A DNA stretch of 63,007 bases, the filler included, from Licmophora abbreviata (lineage: Eukaryota): assembly GCA_900291995.1 (NCBI GenBank). It is 10 parts of 10 records of this genome, joined end to end, with 100 filler letters (N's around TTAATTAATTAA, not from the genome) between each part and the next. Parts side by side here need not be neighbours in the genome. Positions count along the whole stretch, not along the records: positions 1 to 9,992 come from OLMU01002134.1; positions 10,093 to 14,270 come from OLMU01002137.1; 8 more parts are not named here. The stretch is one strand, 5' to 3'. Positions 1 through 12,829 of the stretch are shown piece by piece. Position 1 is the stretch's first letter. The number at the start of each line of letters is the position of its first letter. Under the pieces are notes generated by a model, which ran no database searches, was not told where the DNA came from, and saw nothing but the letters and a program-made list of their open reading frames with translations. A program made the translations under genes and the position numbers.

Positions 1-35
1 CTATCATCTCTTGTCTCTTTCCACTCTACCCAATC

Positions 36-782
36 ATGCACGTCAATCCTGCTTCTTCCTACCTCGAGACAGTTTGTCTCCGCCTTGAGCACGACGATCC
101 CTGTTTGACGCAGCTTGATCTCGGCACGAGCATGATTCAGAATAGGGGCGCGTCAGTTCTCAAACGTGTCTTGAGTACCAATACGAAACTCCGTCACCTC
201 GGTCTCTTCAACAATCACTTGGACGCCGATGGTATCATGGAGCTCGCAGAAGCCTTGAAAGCTGATGGCAGCAGCAGATCGGCCTGTCGCCTCGAAGTCT
301 TGTATCTGGGGAACAATCGCATTGGCAATCGCGGTGCTGCCGCATTGGGAGAAGCGCTCAAGTACAACAAATCGCTGAAGAAATTATACTTGTCAAATGG
401 ATGCATCGGAAACGAGGGCGCTGAGGCACTTGCCAGAGGACTGGCTGGAAACAGAACTTTGGAGTATCTCGATCTCCTCCACAATCCAATTGGCGCCCAA
501 GGCGTCTTGGCTTTGAAGCACGCTCTGGAGTACGACAATATGAGCCTAAAGAGACTCAAGATGGATACTATGTGGGGGGATGCCGACACGAACTGCAAGT
601 CGATCCAGGCTTTCTTGCGTCTCAATCGGTTCGGTCGTATCCATGCACTGCGCAACTCGACACTTCCACACAACGCCTGGTCGCTCGTGTTGAGCAAGGC
701 GTCATCTAGTCCGGATCTCCTCTACTTGTTGGTTCGCTCGAAACCAGACTTGTTTCGCGAGACGAACTGTGCGATGGAGTAA
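36..782 (+). CDS. Ribonuclease-inhibitor-type leucine-rich repeat protein (NLRC3-like LRR, diatom-expanded family)
   Basis: Intact 248-aa ORF with ~28-aa repeats LxxLxLxxNxIGxxGAxALAxAL and C-terminal 'LNRFGR...WSLVLSKA...LLYLLVRSKPDL' cap. Confidence 0.85.
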   Translation: MHVNPASSYLETVCLRLEHDDPCLTQLDLGTSMIQNRGASVLKRVLSTNTKLRHLGLFNNHLDADGIMELAEALKADGSSRSACRLEVLYLGNNRIGNRGAAALGEALKYNKSLKKLYLSNGCIGNEGAEALARGLAGNRTLEYLDLLHNPIGAQGVLALKHALEYDNMSLKRLKMDTMWGDADTNCKSIQAFLRLNRFGRIHALRNSTLPHNAWSLVLSKASSSPDLLYLLVRSKPDLFRETNCAME

Positions 783-1232
783 TAGGGAGGGAACGAGGGA
801 AGGGATGGTGGATGCTGTATGAATGTGTAGACAATGCATCTGATGAATAGACTATAGAAAGGAGGGCTCCTGCCGTACTTTGCAGAACGCGACTCGAGAC
901 AGTGTGAATGGTGATAGAAACAAACTAAGTACGTATTAGATAGAGTTGGAGATATACATACGTGTTGAATCAGCCTCTACGGTAGTCAAGAGGATAGTGA
1001 TACAGTGCTGGCACGACTTTGTTGGTCGAATAGCAACGGCGAGACCTCGTCGTGACGTATCTCAATCTCGAATCTTGCTTTCGCGCGCATTCTGAATGCG
1101 GCGGACGGGTGGACGGCACAATGAGAACCTGCATTGTGGCGGCGTTGAAGCTTTTGTGTCCTGAAGCACATGCAAGGAAGGTCCTAGACATCCTTGGACC
1201 ACTCCGCAGTCTCCACACATCTCTAATTTAGC

Positions 1233-4200
1233 ATGTGGGGCGATCCAGAGGTGCGTTGACTTCCAAGCGACCGAGAAAGAGATCGTAGTACAATGCTTGT
1301 TCCGAATCTATGGCAATCGTGCTCCGTGTGACGGTACCTCACCTCTTGCTCTTTCGCTTACAGAAAGCTTCACACTTAGAGTCGTCTGATACACTGTCGA
1401 CACTGCTCTTGCAAGTCTCAGGCCCAGCTCATATTCCTTGGAACGATCCGCGATGGCAAGAACTACTGCACGGCTACGACGTTTGGGTGCATCTCGACCC
1501 TTCCTTGGACGTCACTGCCGCTGCCTTGCATTCCATGACCAAACACGCCTCCACCTCATCCAATCTAGCAGCACTGAGTCTTCATGTCGCTCGAATGATT
1601 CATGATTTGCACCAAGCGACTATCGTCCCTCCGAGCAGCAACACTGAGGGCAATGGTGGTGCTACTGTGAACGACAGTGCCTTGCAAAATGGAACAATCG
1701 TAGTACCGCACGGTGGTCGCGGTGGTGCTGGCGGGGAAATGGATTTTACGAGAAAGATTGCTCTGGTGGGAAAGGCACGAGCGACCGCGGGAGCTTTGAA
1801 TCTCTGTCGCTTGTTCGTGCACGACGTCATGGCACGCTACGCCCAGGATCCGGACGAAACGTTGCTCGAGATATTTCTTTATCAGAGTCGGGACATTACG
1901 GAACGACACCACTCGGACCGTCAGGCGGGATTCGAATTGATGCATTCTTTGATGGCTTTCGTATCTAGTTTTCCGTGTCATGACGACGATCAAGGCAGGT
2001 TCCCTCCCTGGAACTTGGTTCCCGAATTGTACGATGCGACGGCGTTGAGTCTGCAGCTTCTGTTGGTACTCCTGTCGACGCAGCTCTATCAACCCATGGC
2101 GTCCAGCATCCAGCGACAGCATCAGGAGCGAAGTAGTACTAACAATCGAACCACCGGGTGGGGAGGGAACTTTCTGCTGGACTACTTGATGCAGGAAGCC
2201 AAGCATGCGCAGGCGCTTCAGCGACAGCGACAGAGGGAATTACAGCTTTTCGAGTCGACCTTGGAGCCATCGCCGCAGGCGGCGTCGGCGACTGTCTATG
2301 CACCACCGAAAATCACTGCCGCACCCGTTTGGAATCCACAGGCCTTGTTGAACACGCTGCTATCATGGCAGATGAATCGTCCCAAATCGCCGGAGCGGTC
2401 GATTGCGTTTCACTTTGCCGACTTGGTCCAGTCGGTCGTTCATGCCAAAGGAGAAAAGCTTGGTGTGGACGGCATGTATGAAACACATTTGGTTGTGTCG
2501 GCAGCAAAGCCGGTACCTCAGAATGGAGCGTCAGAAGGCGGAAGCAGTAGTATTGCATACTATCGACCGTCCAATCCCCTGTTGGCCAAACCGCCGTCTC
2601 GAGTGATCTTGGATGCGACCAAGGGAGTGTTGGTCTTGTCGTCGTCGTTGATTTTGTTGCCTTTTCGATTAATGAGTTTGGCACTGGGGTTGTGGGGGCA
2701 CGGGAAGCAAGGAAGGGAGTACGATCAGACGCGCAAGTCGCACATGCAGTCCAAGAGTCGACGGACGAATGAGGTCATGTGGTTGACGGACTCACCAGTT
2801 GCCGATTTGGGAAGTTCGCTCTTTCTACTGTTGACTCACAACTATCGTGCGACGGTGGAGTCAAATCGGGAAGTAGGGAATCCATTTCGGGCAGAAATGG
2901 CGGTGTTGAAGGACAATAGGTGGGATGCGGGGAATGCGAACGATCCCTTGGCGAGTCCAGGTCCGCTTGAACACGGGGGCGACAATGGGCAGTTTGACTC
3001 CTTTGTCAATGGAACCGAGTCCAAGCCGCTGCTGCCGGGAGTGGATTCTACCATGTTACCGTCTCGTCAGCTCTTGACGATCAACTTTGAAACGTTGTTT
3101 CAATCGTTTGGGGACATACTACACACCGAGAGCGGAGCACTGCTGCTCTATACTGCGTTACAGGCTTCGCCAAGCTTTGCAGCGTTTCTCACAGTTCGTT
3201 CCGACTTGGATACGTTAGTCATACCAATCCTGAGGACGCTATATTTCTCGTCATCATCGAGGCACTACTCACCCCATGGCCTGACACGTGAGAGCTCTAA
3301 CGGTAGTTTGGCTTCGCAGTTGAGTGGGGCATCGTCGATGCTCGCGATCCGCAGCTGCCCCTTTCGGTCGCAGTCCCAACTGTACGTCATCATGATACTG
3401 CTTCTCATCTTTTCGCAGGATGCCTCATTTGGACCAGATGCTTTTCGACGCGTTGTGGTTCCAGTAGTCCCATGGTACAAGGAACGGAACCTGAAAGACA
3501 TTAGTCTCGGTTCACTCGTTCTGTTGACCTTGCTACGATCCGTCACCTTCAACTTGAATAAGCTGCACGACGCGTTCCTATTGAGCAACTGTTGCGCGGT
3601 GCTGATGAATCTGTCACCACATATTGTCCATCTGCATGACTACGCTGCCATGCGTCTTGCATCAGTAACTGTGTCGTGCATGAAGAGATATTCGGTCTTG
3701 ATAGCGAAGAACAGTGGCAAGGCGGAGACCGAAGAGGATATGACGTCTGTTTTGGGCATGTACGGGGAGGTATGTACAAGCAAGATAGTGGATGGAACTC
3801 GAGGAATCATGTCAGTGAGGTTCCATTTGAACTAACGGCTCCACCTGCTCTACTGCACGTAGGTATCTCGGACGCTGTTGCGGCTGTTGCGCTACTGCAT
3901 TGGCCCAAAGAACTTAGAGCGCAACGTGCATCTTGTCTACGCCCTAGTCTATCACGAAACAGACTTCAAGAGTGTCCTGTCAAAGAAGCGTACGTGCCAA
4001 GATCTGTTCAGTGTTGACTGCCACCAAATTGTCTATCCGAACTGACGTGTCTCACTCTTATGTCGTAGCATGCCCCTTTCCAAAGTCGGAGACATCGCGC
4101 CTACAGCTCGTCATTGCGACCGCATCTAAACTCGTTCAGGAGCACGGCGAGGCTCGGACTGCTCCGCGCGCCATGGTTGTACTCGAACAGTCCATGGATC

Positions 4201-4469
4201 GTCTTCAGGATCAGGTGAACTCGTCTGAAAAGAAGCAAAAAGAGTCCAGGGAAGACTTCACATTCTCATACGAGGAAGAAGCCGATCCCGAACTCTTCTT
4301 CCTTCCCTATATTTGGGAAGTCGTCGTCTGTGTGATTACTGCGAGCACGATGGATTGGGATACCAATCAGATAAAAGTATTTGCCCTCTTAGACGAAATC
4401 GAAGAAGACGAGCAAGGTGCAGCTGCTCCGCCGGCTGGGTTTTCTCAAGACGTGTCGGACGTTGTGTAG
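1233..4469 (+). CDS. DYM: Dymeclin (Dyggve-Melchior-Clausen protein); exons ~1233-1250, 1364-3769, 3863-3989, 4069-4469
   Basis: Motifs 'LYVIMILLLIFSQD', 'SLGSLVLLTLLR', 'NCCAVLMNLS', 'NVHLVYALV' (spliced exon) and 'FSYEEEADPELFFLPYIW'; GT-AG introns restore the frame. Confidence 0.85.
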
Positions 4470-5029
4470 ATGTGGCGTGACTGTGTTGCTTTTTTAAGAG
4501 TACCAAGTAGAGCCAGAGAATGGCTCTAGCTAGAAGCGTATCATAATATAAGAGGCGCCAAAGGTGTTGGCGGGTACATAAAGGTACTCTCTCTAGTCGA
4601 CCATAGCTAGTCTCTCTACCCAATTTCCCAAAATCAGTACTGGGTGGGATGGCTAGCGCGGGCTACCATGTGGTTAGATTGTGATTGTACCTGGTGCCGG
4701 TAGCTGGTAAGGGACCTGGTACAAGCAAGCTCGTCTCCATCATCTGCCTGCCTTCTCTTTGACCGGCGGAATACCCTCTGTAATCGACACGTGGAGGCAT
4801 TTCATGCGCTTGTCGTCGCGACGCCGTCTGTTTTCGAATGAATCTTCAAGAATCTAAAGAGTACCTGGTATCGCCATCATCGGCGTCGCGATGTGTTCAG
4901 TGATGGTGACGAACAGATCGTCTTCGTTCACGCAAGTTCGCTGTGGTTCCAGGTGTCTTCAGCGAGAAAGAAAGAGAGAAGGAGGAGGAGGCATAAAAGG
5001 GAAAAAGACTCCTTGGCAATTTGTAGGCG

Positions 5030-6766
5030 ATGAAGTCCGCTTCAATTATTTTCTCCAAATCGCGAAAAAAGAAAAGCGACGACGACAATGAGGAAGGCGA
5101 CGAGCAATTGCCGCCACTGCCCTTGAAAGATGGATTCCATTACGAAAAAGGGGCTTGCGCGCTCGAGTATTGGGAACCCGTCAGACTGCTCGGGGAAGGA
5201 AGTATTTCCGACATTCACTTGGTGAAGCGCCGCTCGAAGAGACTTCATGTCCGCTACAAGAAGAAGAGAGACATCATGAAGTTTGCCAAAATCAAGGCCG
5301 GCGAGATGGAGGGAGAACCGGAGAACGAGGAGGAGCTCTTTGTACTCAAATCCATCATGAAAGACCATGTCGATAGTGATTACGTCTTGCAAGAAATGAG
5401 AAGTGAACTCTTTACCATGAGCAAACTTGAACACCCAAATATTGTCAAACTCTACGAGGCTTACGAGAGGCGCAGACACATTTATCTCGTCATGGACTAC
5501 TGTTCCGGTGGAGACTTGACGGACCGTCATTTCCCGGAACATGAGTGTGCCGTCGTGCTCCGCAAGATTCTATCCGCTGTTTCATACATGCACGCGGAGG
5601 GGGTCGTTCACCGTGACCTAAAGTTGGAGAATATCATGATTGACGGAGAAGGCCAAGTCAAAGTGATTGACTTTGGACTCGCTACCAAGTACCTGAGTGA
5701 AGAACACAAGGTTCTGACCGATCGCGTTGGAACTCTCTATACAATGTCGCCTCAAGTCTTGCAAGGCGTCTACAACTCGCAAGCGGACATGTGGAGTATT
5801 GGAGTGATTACCTACATGCTCTTATCCGAAGTTAATCCCTTCTGGGGCCCGCCTCGTCCGATGCCATGGAGCAAGCGTCGTAAAGTCATGATTGATCGCA
5901 TTATGCGAGGTCGGTACCAGTCCATGACGGGCCCAACTTGGAATAGGGTTTCACCGGCTGCCAAACAATTTTGCACCTCTTTGCTTCAAATGGATCCCAA
6001 AGATCGACCGACGGCACAAGAAGCTTTGTGCTCCGACTGGATCCAGACAATGGGATCTGAAAAGGAAAAGGAGAGAGTAGCTTCGGATGAGGAACAACAG
6101 TCCCGACGAGCTGTGTCGCAGCTCAAGCGGGTGCTCATTCAACTCTTATCGCAGGAACTGTCCCACGAGGAGGCCATAAAGCTGCGCAGTGCGCTTGAAG
6201 TGTACGACGAAGATGGTGATGGTCGAATCGAACTCAAGGAATGTCGAAATGTGGTGGAGGCACAAACGAGTGTTTCTTCGTCACTCGTCGCGTCAGTGTT
6301 TGATGAGCAACCACTCCTCGATATGACAGCTGCACTCGCATACAACGACTTCTGCATTAGGATTCTGGCTGATAGGGACCGAACCATCACAGAAATGACC
6401 GCCGAGGCGCTCGATGGCCTGGATGCAGAAGGAGTGCGAAAGGTGGACAAATCGAAAGTGCTTCCAGCGTTGGAAGCAATCGTGCCGTGCGATTTGCTCG
6501 AAAAGATTTTGCGCGACGTCACAGTCGATGAGGAAGGTTCTGTTTCCACCATTGCAATCTTGGAGATGCTGGACAAGAGTTTGGTGAGCGATACTCGACA
6601 TTCACTGCGCACCATTGGACGCCAAGATGAGCAAGGAGATGACGATGACTTGGTCGATGAAACGAACGCCGTCATTCCTGGAGGAAGAACGGACAGTCCT
6701 CAAAATCCAAAATATGTCTACGAAGCCACGACCCAGTCCATGCGAGAGGTAGAATACACCGCCTAG
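5030..6766 (+). CDS. Calcium-dependent protein kinase-like Ser/Thr kinase with EF-hand region
   Basis: HRDLKLEN, DFG, DMWSIG kinase motifs; EF-hand loop DEDGDGRIELKE, other EF-hands degenerate. Confidence 0.9.
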   Translation: MKSASIIFSKSRKKKSDDDNEEGDEQLPPLPLKDGFHYEKGACALEYWEPVRLLGEGSISDIHLVKRRSKRLHVRYKKKRDIMKFAKIKAGEMEGEPENEEELFVLKSIMKDHVDSDYVLQEMRSELFTMSKLEHPNIVKLYEAYERRRHIYLVMDYCSGGDLTDRHFPEHECAVVLRKILSAVSYMHAEGVVHRDLKLENIMIDGEGQVKVIDFGLATKYLSEEHKVLTDRVGTLYTMSPQVLQGVYNSQADMWSIGVITYMLLSEVNPFWGPPRPMPWSKRRKVMIDRIMRGRYQSMTGPTWNRVSPAAKQFCTSLLQMDPKDRPTAQEALCSDWIQTMGSEKEKERVASDEEQQSRRAVSQLKRVLIQLLSQELSHEEAIKLRSALEVYDEDGDGRIELKECRNVVEAQTSVSSSLVASVFDEQPLLDMTAALAYNDFCIRILADRDRTITEMTAEALDGLDAEGVRKVDKSKVLPALEAIVPCDLLEKILRDVTVDEEGSVSTIAILEMLDKSLVSDTRHSLRTIGRQDEQGDDDDLVDETNAVIPGGRTDSPQNPKYVYEATTQSMREVEYTA

Positions 6767-6819
6767 AGAGGAACCGCGTCGATTCTGACCGTACCGTCGA
6801 GTCCACAAGGCAGCCATGA

Positions 6820-8061
6820 TCATCCTGGCGTCACGTGACACACGAATGTCGGGTCCCTCTCAATGCCAATTGCTTGCCCCCACAATCTTAGTGGTTCATC
6901 TCGATGTAGTTGCGGCAGGGCTTGTGCCAACGGAATTGTTCCTCCCTTCTCTGTAAGGACTACAGTATTCGGTAACACCTTTCGAAGAAACATGTAGTGC
7001 GGACTTTGTATGAGTTCCCGTAGGCCTCGTTCATGCAGAATGTCATATGAGCAAGGGTGGTGCGTCACACAAGGCTGGTATTTCCAAAAGTATGGAGCAT
7101 TCGATTGTTGATGAGACTGCTCATCCAAACTGTACGGATTAATGGCATAGTATGTATCGTTGTACTTGCCATCCCACTTGACGTATGTCGCACAACAGCC
7201 GTGTGGCATAGTGTTGCTTTTCGGATCAATGGCGCCGTGACAGGTATGGAGTTGATCTCGTACAAGCCTCTTCAAGAGGGTCGGTATTAGCGACTCGTCT
7301 GGGGCTCCAGCCGATCCACCCGCAAATGCTTCGTTCCATGCCTCTAATGTGTCTTCATGTTCCAGTATCAGTCGAACATGACTGCGTGACAATGACGACC
7401 ACAATTCCGCTTTCGCCACTTCCTTTAGATTGACACCCAGTTGGGCATGGACCTTTCTCCAGTTGCCTTTTGCTTGTCCTGTTGGTGTCAAGCAAAATCG
7501 TGATTTGACATCAGAAGTGAGCTCCTCGTATACCTCCGAAAACGGTTTTAATGGAATTGTGGTGGGTGACACAAAGACAAAGTGTGTCGCATGCGAATGC
7601 GTGTAAGCATGTTGAAGCAGGCGCATCATAGCTGGATGCAGTCGGTACCAAGCAGACTCGACGGACGGAATGACATGGGGACAAAAGAAAGGTGGCATGT
7701 TTGGAACCGTCGTGTTGGATGGCTTGGTGTGAACAAAGATTGAATATCGGTCGTCTTCTGCTGGAGGAAACCATGACTTCCATAGCGCCTCGTTGATGTT
7801 GGCTTCTCCCGCCGACAGAAACAGGAAGGCAATCGAAGACGGGGTCGAGTAATCAGAACGAATGTGCGACTTCTGCGATATCGAGTGATATAAGCCAGGC
7901 GTCTGGGAATAAAGTTGATGTAGTTGCATGGATGTGTCTGGCAATACGCTCGCGGGATTGCCTTTAATGGTCGATTGTGACAAGGCCTGCCAGTGATGCA
8001 CGCGACTCGCGACTACTATCCCCAGGACTACAAGCACAACGACGGTCTCCGGCAAGTGCAT
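6820..8061 (-). CDS. GT14-like/Branch-family (core-2/I-branching) glycosyltransferase, type II membrane protein
   Basis: N-terminal hydrophobic anchor; 'IAFLFL', 'YSIFVH', 'FVFVS..TIPL..F', 'PDES..PT', 'TYVKW', 'FLRK' motifs. Confidence 0.8.
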   Translation of the reverse strand: MHLPETVVVLVVLGIVVASRVHHWQALSQSTIKGNPASVLPDTSMQLHQLYSQTPGLYHSISQKSHIRSDYSTPSSIAFLFLSAGEANINEALWKSWFPPAEDDRYSIFVHTKPSNTTVPNMPPFFCPHVIPSVESAWYRLHPAMMRLLQHAYTHSHATHFVFVSPTTIPLKPFSEVYEELTSDVKSRFCLTPTGQAKGNWRKVHAQLGVNLKEVAKAELWSSLSRSHVRLILEHEDTLEAWNEAFAGGSAGAPDESLIPTLLKRLVRDQLHTCHGAIDPKSNTMPHGCCATYVKWDGKYNDTYYAINPYSLDEQSHQQSNAPYFWKYQPCVTHHPCSYDILHERGLRELIQSPHYMFLRKVLPNTVVLTEKGGTIPLAQALPQLHRDEPLRLWGQAIGIERDPTFVCHVTPG

Positions 8062-8580
8062 CGTGCTATTGCTGGTCCATGTAGCAGAGAAACTATGGCT
8101 CTAGAGAGGGAATGCGTAACTTGACAGCATCACTGATACCGTTCTACAATTGCCTGGTCACATGTCGCGATCACGTCGGTCATTCTCTCATTTTGTGAGC
8201 AGCCGAGGGTCCATTTCTTGTACCGGTACGCATTGAGGCATAGTTTGATATTTATGCCTCGACAGTACTTAAAAAGTGTGTCTCCGATAAGCCGCTGGAC
8301 ACTCCGAAATTTTGAAATGTCAATCAAACGCTATACATAGCCCAATAGTATAGGCAACGAGGATTTTTACTCAGTTAGAAAAATCTGAAACCCTGAATTT
8401 ATAACCTCGGTATAAGATCTTTCAAAACAGGCGGTCAGTTATTTCCTCTCACTACGTCCGAGATTGCGGTAGATCCGTTCGGCACACGTCAACAACAGAA
8501 CATCCCCGTACATCGTACGTTCTTGCAGCAATGGTAACATCACGCAAGGGGATCACTTTCAGGAAAGGGTTGTCGTGTGG

Positions 8581-9905
8581 GATGTGAATAGGAGTGTGGA
8601 CGGGGAAAACGACAAGGGGCTGTCGGCGAGACTCGAAATTCGGCAAGCCAAAGCCGACACGAAAGTTGATTCCGATTAGCATACGGTCGAACTTCTCTCC
8701 AACACGACCAGAAGTTCTTCGAGCGATGCGAGTGGGATTGTTCTGGTTTCCCTGGTTGTCTTAATTGTTGGAGTCGTTGCCTTCGTGATCGGCGTGACAC
8801 TCCATGTGACATCCGACAAGAACAGCCATCAGCCATATTCATCTTCAGACGAGGACAATGTTCCAACGATACACGAAGATACACAGATCTATCATGGGAT
8901 GAAGAGCCTATCTGCAACGGAGCTGCCTCGAGCTGCAACTTACGAGTCGATCAAGTCATGTATGCGACCGTCAACTATGCCATGAGCTCTCAAGACAGCA
9001 GCTTTCATCCATTCCACAATCTCATGTCTCTAGAGGTGTGTCTCATTGGCGTGTATGTGTACGCGTTATGATATTGTACAAATCTCACATTTGGGCCTGT
9101 CGCCTCTTCTCTTATTAGGACGCTCTTGAGGCTGGATATCGAGGTTTAGTCCTGAGCACCTGTGATTGTCCAAGAGTTGGAGTGCAGCTCTGCTTTCATG
9201 GATGCGAGGAGGGATATCGTCACAGTATCGTCGTCTTTCAGAATATTGTCCACTTTCTCAGACAATAGTGATTGTCAATTTACAGGTACACGATGATAGC
9301 TTGATGTCAATGTTCAAAGAGCTGTCGATTGGCGTCGAGGAGAAGACGTTACTCATGTACAATCATCCCAGTGTCAAGACAGAGTGGCCGCTGCTTGGCG
9401 ATCTTATCCACCAGAATGAGGTGAGGTTTTGCACTAACTATCTGTTTTTTCCTGGGCAAGCAGTTTGTGTCTGATAATTCTGCATCTTGTTTTGCATTCA
9501 ACAGCGTCTGATCCTATTCCAAGACGGCGGTCCCAACTGCGATGTCCCGCGAGAATGCCCCCACGGAGTACACAACTTGTACGCTTACGCATTTAGCTCT
9601 CCATCAGACGTCGCTTCACCCGAAGGTCTGCTGGACTTTAAAAAGCTCATGTGCCGCAAGTCGGCTATCCTGAGAAAGCTGCATTCTTTGTTCTGAATCA
9701 CTTCGTGGATGCGGTCTTGCCGAACCCGAATGTTGCTTCCATGCTCAACTACAAAACTAACCTGCGGTTACGAGTTGAAGCTTGCCAAGAACAGCAGGGC
9801 AGGATTGTCAACATGCTCATCGTTAACTTTTGGAGCTTTGGGGACACGGTCGCCTTGGTTGATACTCTGAATCGAGCGAACGGTGCAGACGACAAAAATC
9901 CGTGA
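8581..9905 (+). pseudogene. Disrupted PI-PLC-X-like phosphodiesterase gene (membrane-anchored)
   Basis: Fragments in several frames: TM segment (~8735-8800), 'CNGAASSCNLRVDQVMYATVNYAM', 'EAGYRGLVL', 'WPLLGDLI', 'LNHFVD...VNFWSFGD'. In-frame TAG at 8677-8679 and several frame changes. Confidence 0.6.
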
Positions 9906-9992
9906 GGTTAAGGCGGAGATAGTATCGTCGACACATGATGCGTCCAGGAGGGTACCACCACTACATTTGAATTTGATCCTGCATCTTTAATT

Positions 9993-10092
9993 NNNNNNNN
10001 NNNNNNNNNNNNNNNNNNNNNNNNNNNNNNNNNNNNTTAATTAATTAANNNNNNNNNNNNNNNNNNNNNNNNNNNNNNNNNNNNNNNNNNNN
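9993..10092. other. Artificial scaffold linker N44-TTAATTAATTAA-N44 (also at 14271-14370, 25190-25289, 31244-31343, 48252-48351, 51149-51248, 52555-52654, 56508-56607, 60293-60392)
   Basis: Identical 100-nt spacer with a six-frame stop cassette, nine copies. Confidence 0.99.
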
Positions 10093-10807
10093 AATTCCAG
10101 TTCCTGGATTTTTCGGAGAGCTCTGGCACACGCCGCCAAGCTGGTTTGTCACGAGTCCGTATCGAGGCGTGGCCACCTTTACAATTGTGAGGAACCCGTA
10201 CGACCGCTACATCTCAGAGTTCTACTGCCCACATTACGGGGTAAATCGACCAGGACCTGCCATGGATATGATGTACCGTACAAAGATAGTGAAAATACCT
10301 CCAAACCAAAGTCAGGTTGCACAGATTGATGCAGAGGCGAAGTGGTCACTTCATGATGGCTCGGCTCGGCATCCAGTTGTGAATCCCGAGCGAGGCGATC
10401 GAAGAAGACTTGTGGAAGGAGGTGGTGAGTCGAATTCTGAATCTGAAACACCAGAGAGGTTCAATCGGTGGCTGGCTATGCGACTACGAGGCCAGTCGAT
10501 CCTCACAGCTCATATGATGCCCCAGCATCTCTATATCTACGATTTCAACGGAAACCAGGCTATCGATCATGTTCTCAAGTACGAAACATTGCAGGATGAC
10601 TTTATCGAGCTAATGGATCGATACGAACTGCCCGTACGACTGCCAAAGGAGGCAACGAACCAAGGAAAGGCGGGCAAGGAACGAATGACTGTCACTGATT
10701 TGACGGCCGATACGATCCAACTCATCAACGATTATGCAGCCGACGATTTCCGACTCCTTGGCTACGACATGATTGATCCGGGTGTCCCATCGGAAAGGTC
10801 AATGTAG
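10093..10807 (+). CDS. Sulfotransferase family 2 protein (carbohydrate sulfotransferase-like), 5' end lost in gap
   Basis: 'WHTPP', 'FTIVRNPYDRYISEF', 'HMMPQHLY', 'LKYETL', 'YAADDFRLLGY' motifs. Confidence 0.8.
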
Positions 10808-11130
10808 CCTAGTTTACGAATTAGTGTTATCGCGAGGATCTATCGGTACTACTCCGGAGTACCATACATAGACTCACTGCAGCGGGTGGCAGTGATATCA
10901 TAGACGTGGCAAGGGCTGACGGCGGTCAAAGACGCAATGTCAGCACATGCATCGTCATACCAAATGCAACTTGCCATAAGTAGATTGTGTCACATTGAAC
11001 TTCTGCGCGCTCGTCAGCCGCGTGTCTTTGAGAAGCTCAATGTTCACAAAATGCTCACAAGATGGTCTGACTCACCATGGGAATGCAATCCATAATATGA
11101 GAATCATATTTCGGAGGCGGTAACCTTGCC

Positions 11131-12209
11131 ATGGACAAACAAGAACAGCATACATCTACCGAGTCGTCGTCTTCGACAGGGGTGGAAGAAACGCCCACCG
11201 ACTCGAACAGTAGCGGCCGTAGTGGGACCGAGGAAGAAGAAGTACCTGCTGTTGCACGTCCCTCTTTTCCTCATTCTCAGAGACGGGGCGGACGCAAGAA
11301 ACAGTTCCCGCAGCAGCTTTTCGCCATGCTGAGTGAAAGTGCATGGTTAGGACATTCTTACATTGTCTCCTGGCATGTCGACGGACGCTCGTTCTTCGTC
11401 AATGATCAAGCCGAGATGGTGCGCAGTGTTTTACCCAGATACTTTGGTCAAACAAAATGGACATCATTTCAGCGACAACTGAATCTGTATGGCTTCGAAA
11501 AAATCTCATCTGGACCGTGTCGTGGTGGCTACTACAACGAGAATCTCCAGCGCGATAGACCTGACTTGGTCGCACAGATCGAACGACGTAGAAGCTCAGC
11601 CAACACGAGGGGCGTCCCGTCTCAATCAGTCGGACAATCGGGCGTTAAACAGAGTCGTCGTGGACAACATAGTTCAGGACAGTCTACCGTAGCCGTTGCT
11701 CATTCGTCGGGGGTGGCGCGAGCATCGATACCCACAGCAGCGACAGGGTTCGTAGAGGTACAGTCGTCAGGGGGAGCGTCTGAGCCGTCATCAGGGGATG
11801 CGGCGTTTGCGTCGGCAACGGCACAGCAGTTACTACAGCAGATGCTGATGAATCCCCAGGCAATGGTACCAGGATTCTTAATGACATTGCCAGTCCTGGG
11901 TGTGTCCAATCTTGCACTACCACCGACCTTGCCGACATATAATCCATCAAACATTCTCGACCCCCGTCCATCGTCAACATTGCTCCGCAACCAGAGCCAC
12001 AACCTTCTGTGGCACCGAGACTGGCAGCTTCCCAGGAAACACAAGAAACTGACATCGACAACGATAGCTCTATTTCATATAATTCGAGCACGCTGAGCGT
12101 CAATGAACTATTGGCACTGCCACAGAACGATACGGAATGGGGAGCAATGTTTCGTCACAACTCCAACGCCAATAGTGAAGAAGGGGAAGGCGATTCAAAT
12201 CGCGATTAG
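11131..12209 (+). CDS. Heat-shock-factor (HSF) DNA-binding domain transcription factor; probable frameshift near 11960-11975
   Basis: 'FPQQLFAML...IVSW...GRSFFV...LPRYFGQTKWTSFQRQLNLYGF'; an acidic C-terminus continues in another frame to 12209. Confidence 0.9.
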
Positions 12210-12829
12210 AATCAATTTATACATTATACAATTTCCGATGTGTCCGAGATCGTTGAGATCCGAGCGAAGAGAGCGCTTCGTGGATTGGTTCACAAGCGTC
12301 GCAAGCCTAAATTCTCCAAGATGACTTCTGTCAGTTCACTGCCGTGGTGGAACGCTACAAGACAGAGCCATCGAAATGAATTGCGCCCCATGGGATATTA
12401 TGTGAGGTATCTAACTTGAAGCCCGTGATACAATCGCCTCGTGGGTTCTAGGGTTTTGAAAATTGGCGATTGCGGATTTGTTTCTTCTAACGCCCGCATG
12501 TGCCAGGGACTTGTCATGTGACTGAAAACGTGCTGAGCTGGAACTGCAATACCTCCAGAGATAAAGAGTGCCATCAGCGTTTGGGGTCACCCGCCGTGCG
12601 AGCCATCGTCGGAAGGGTGAATTCGATATCGAACCCCGAGATGTGGTCGGCGAGCAACTTCCAACTTCCTACTCGTAATACTCTGGCATTGAAACGCGCG
12701 TCGCGCACCCTCAATTTCGAAAGCAGATTCAACGTCAGCCTTTTCGGTACCAGGCAGCAAGATTACAACATTTTCAAGTCTATGCAGCGTGTCGATAGTC
12801 TCCATTTCTGCTAGCAAGCTAGTTAACGT

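Noticed and set aside
9993..10092. Repeated TTAATTAATTAA flanked by Ns as a biological repeat or CRISPR-like array
   Set aside because: Fixed 100-nt assembly linker with six-frame stops. ORFs running into it (X residues) are artefacts.
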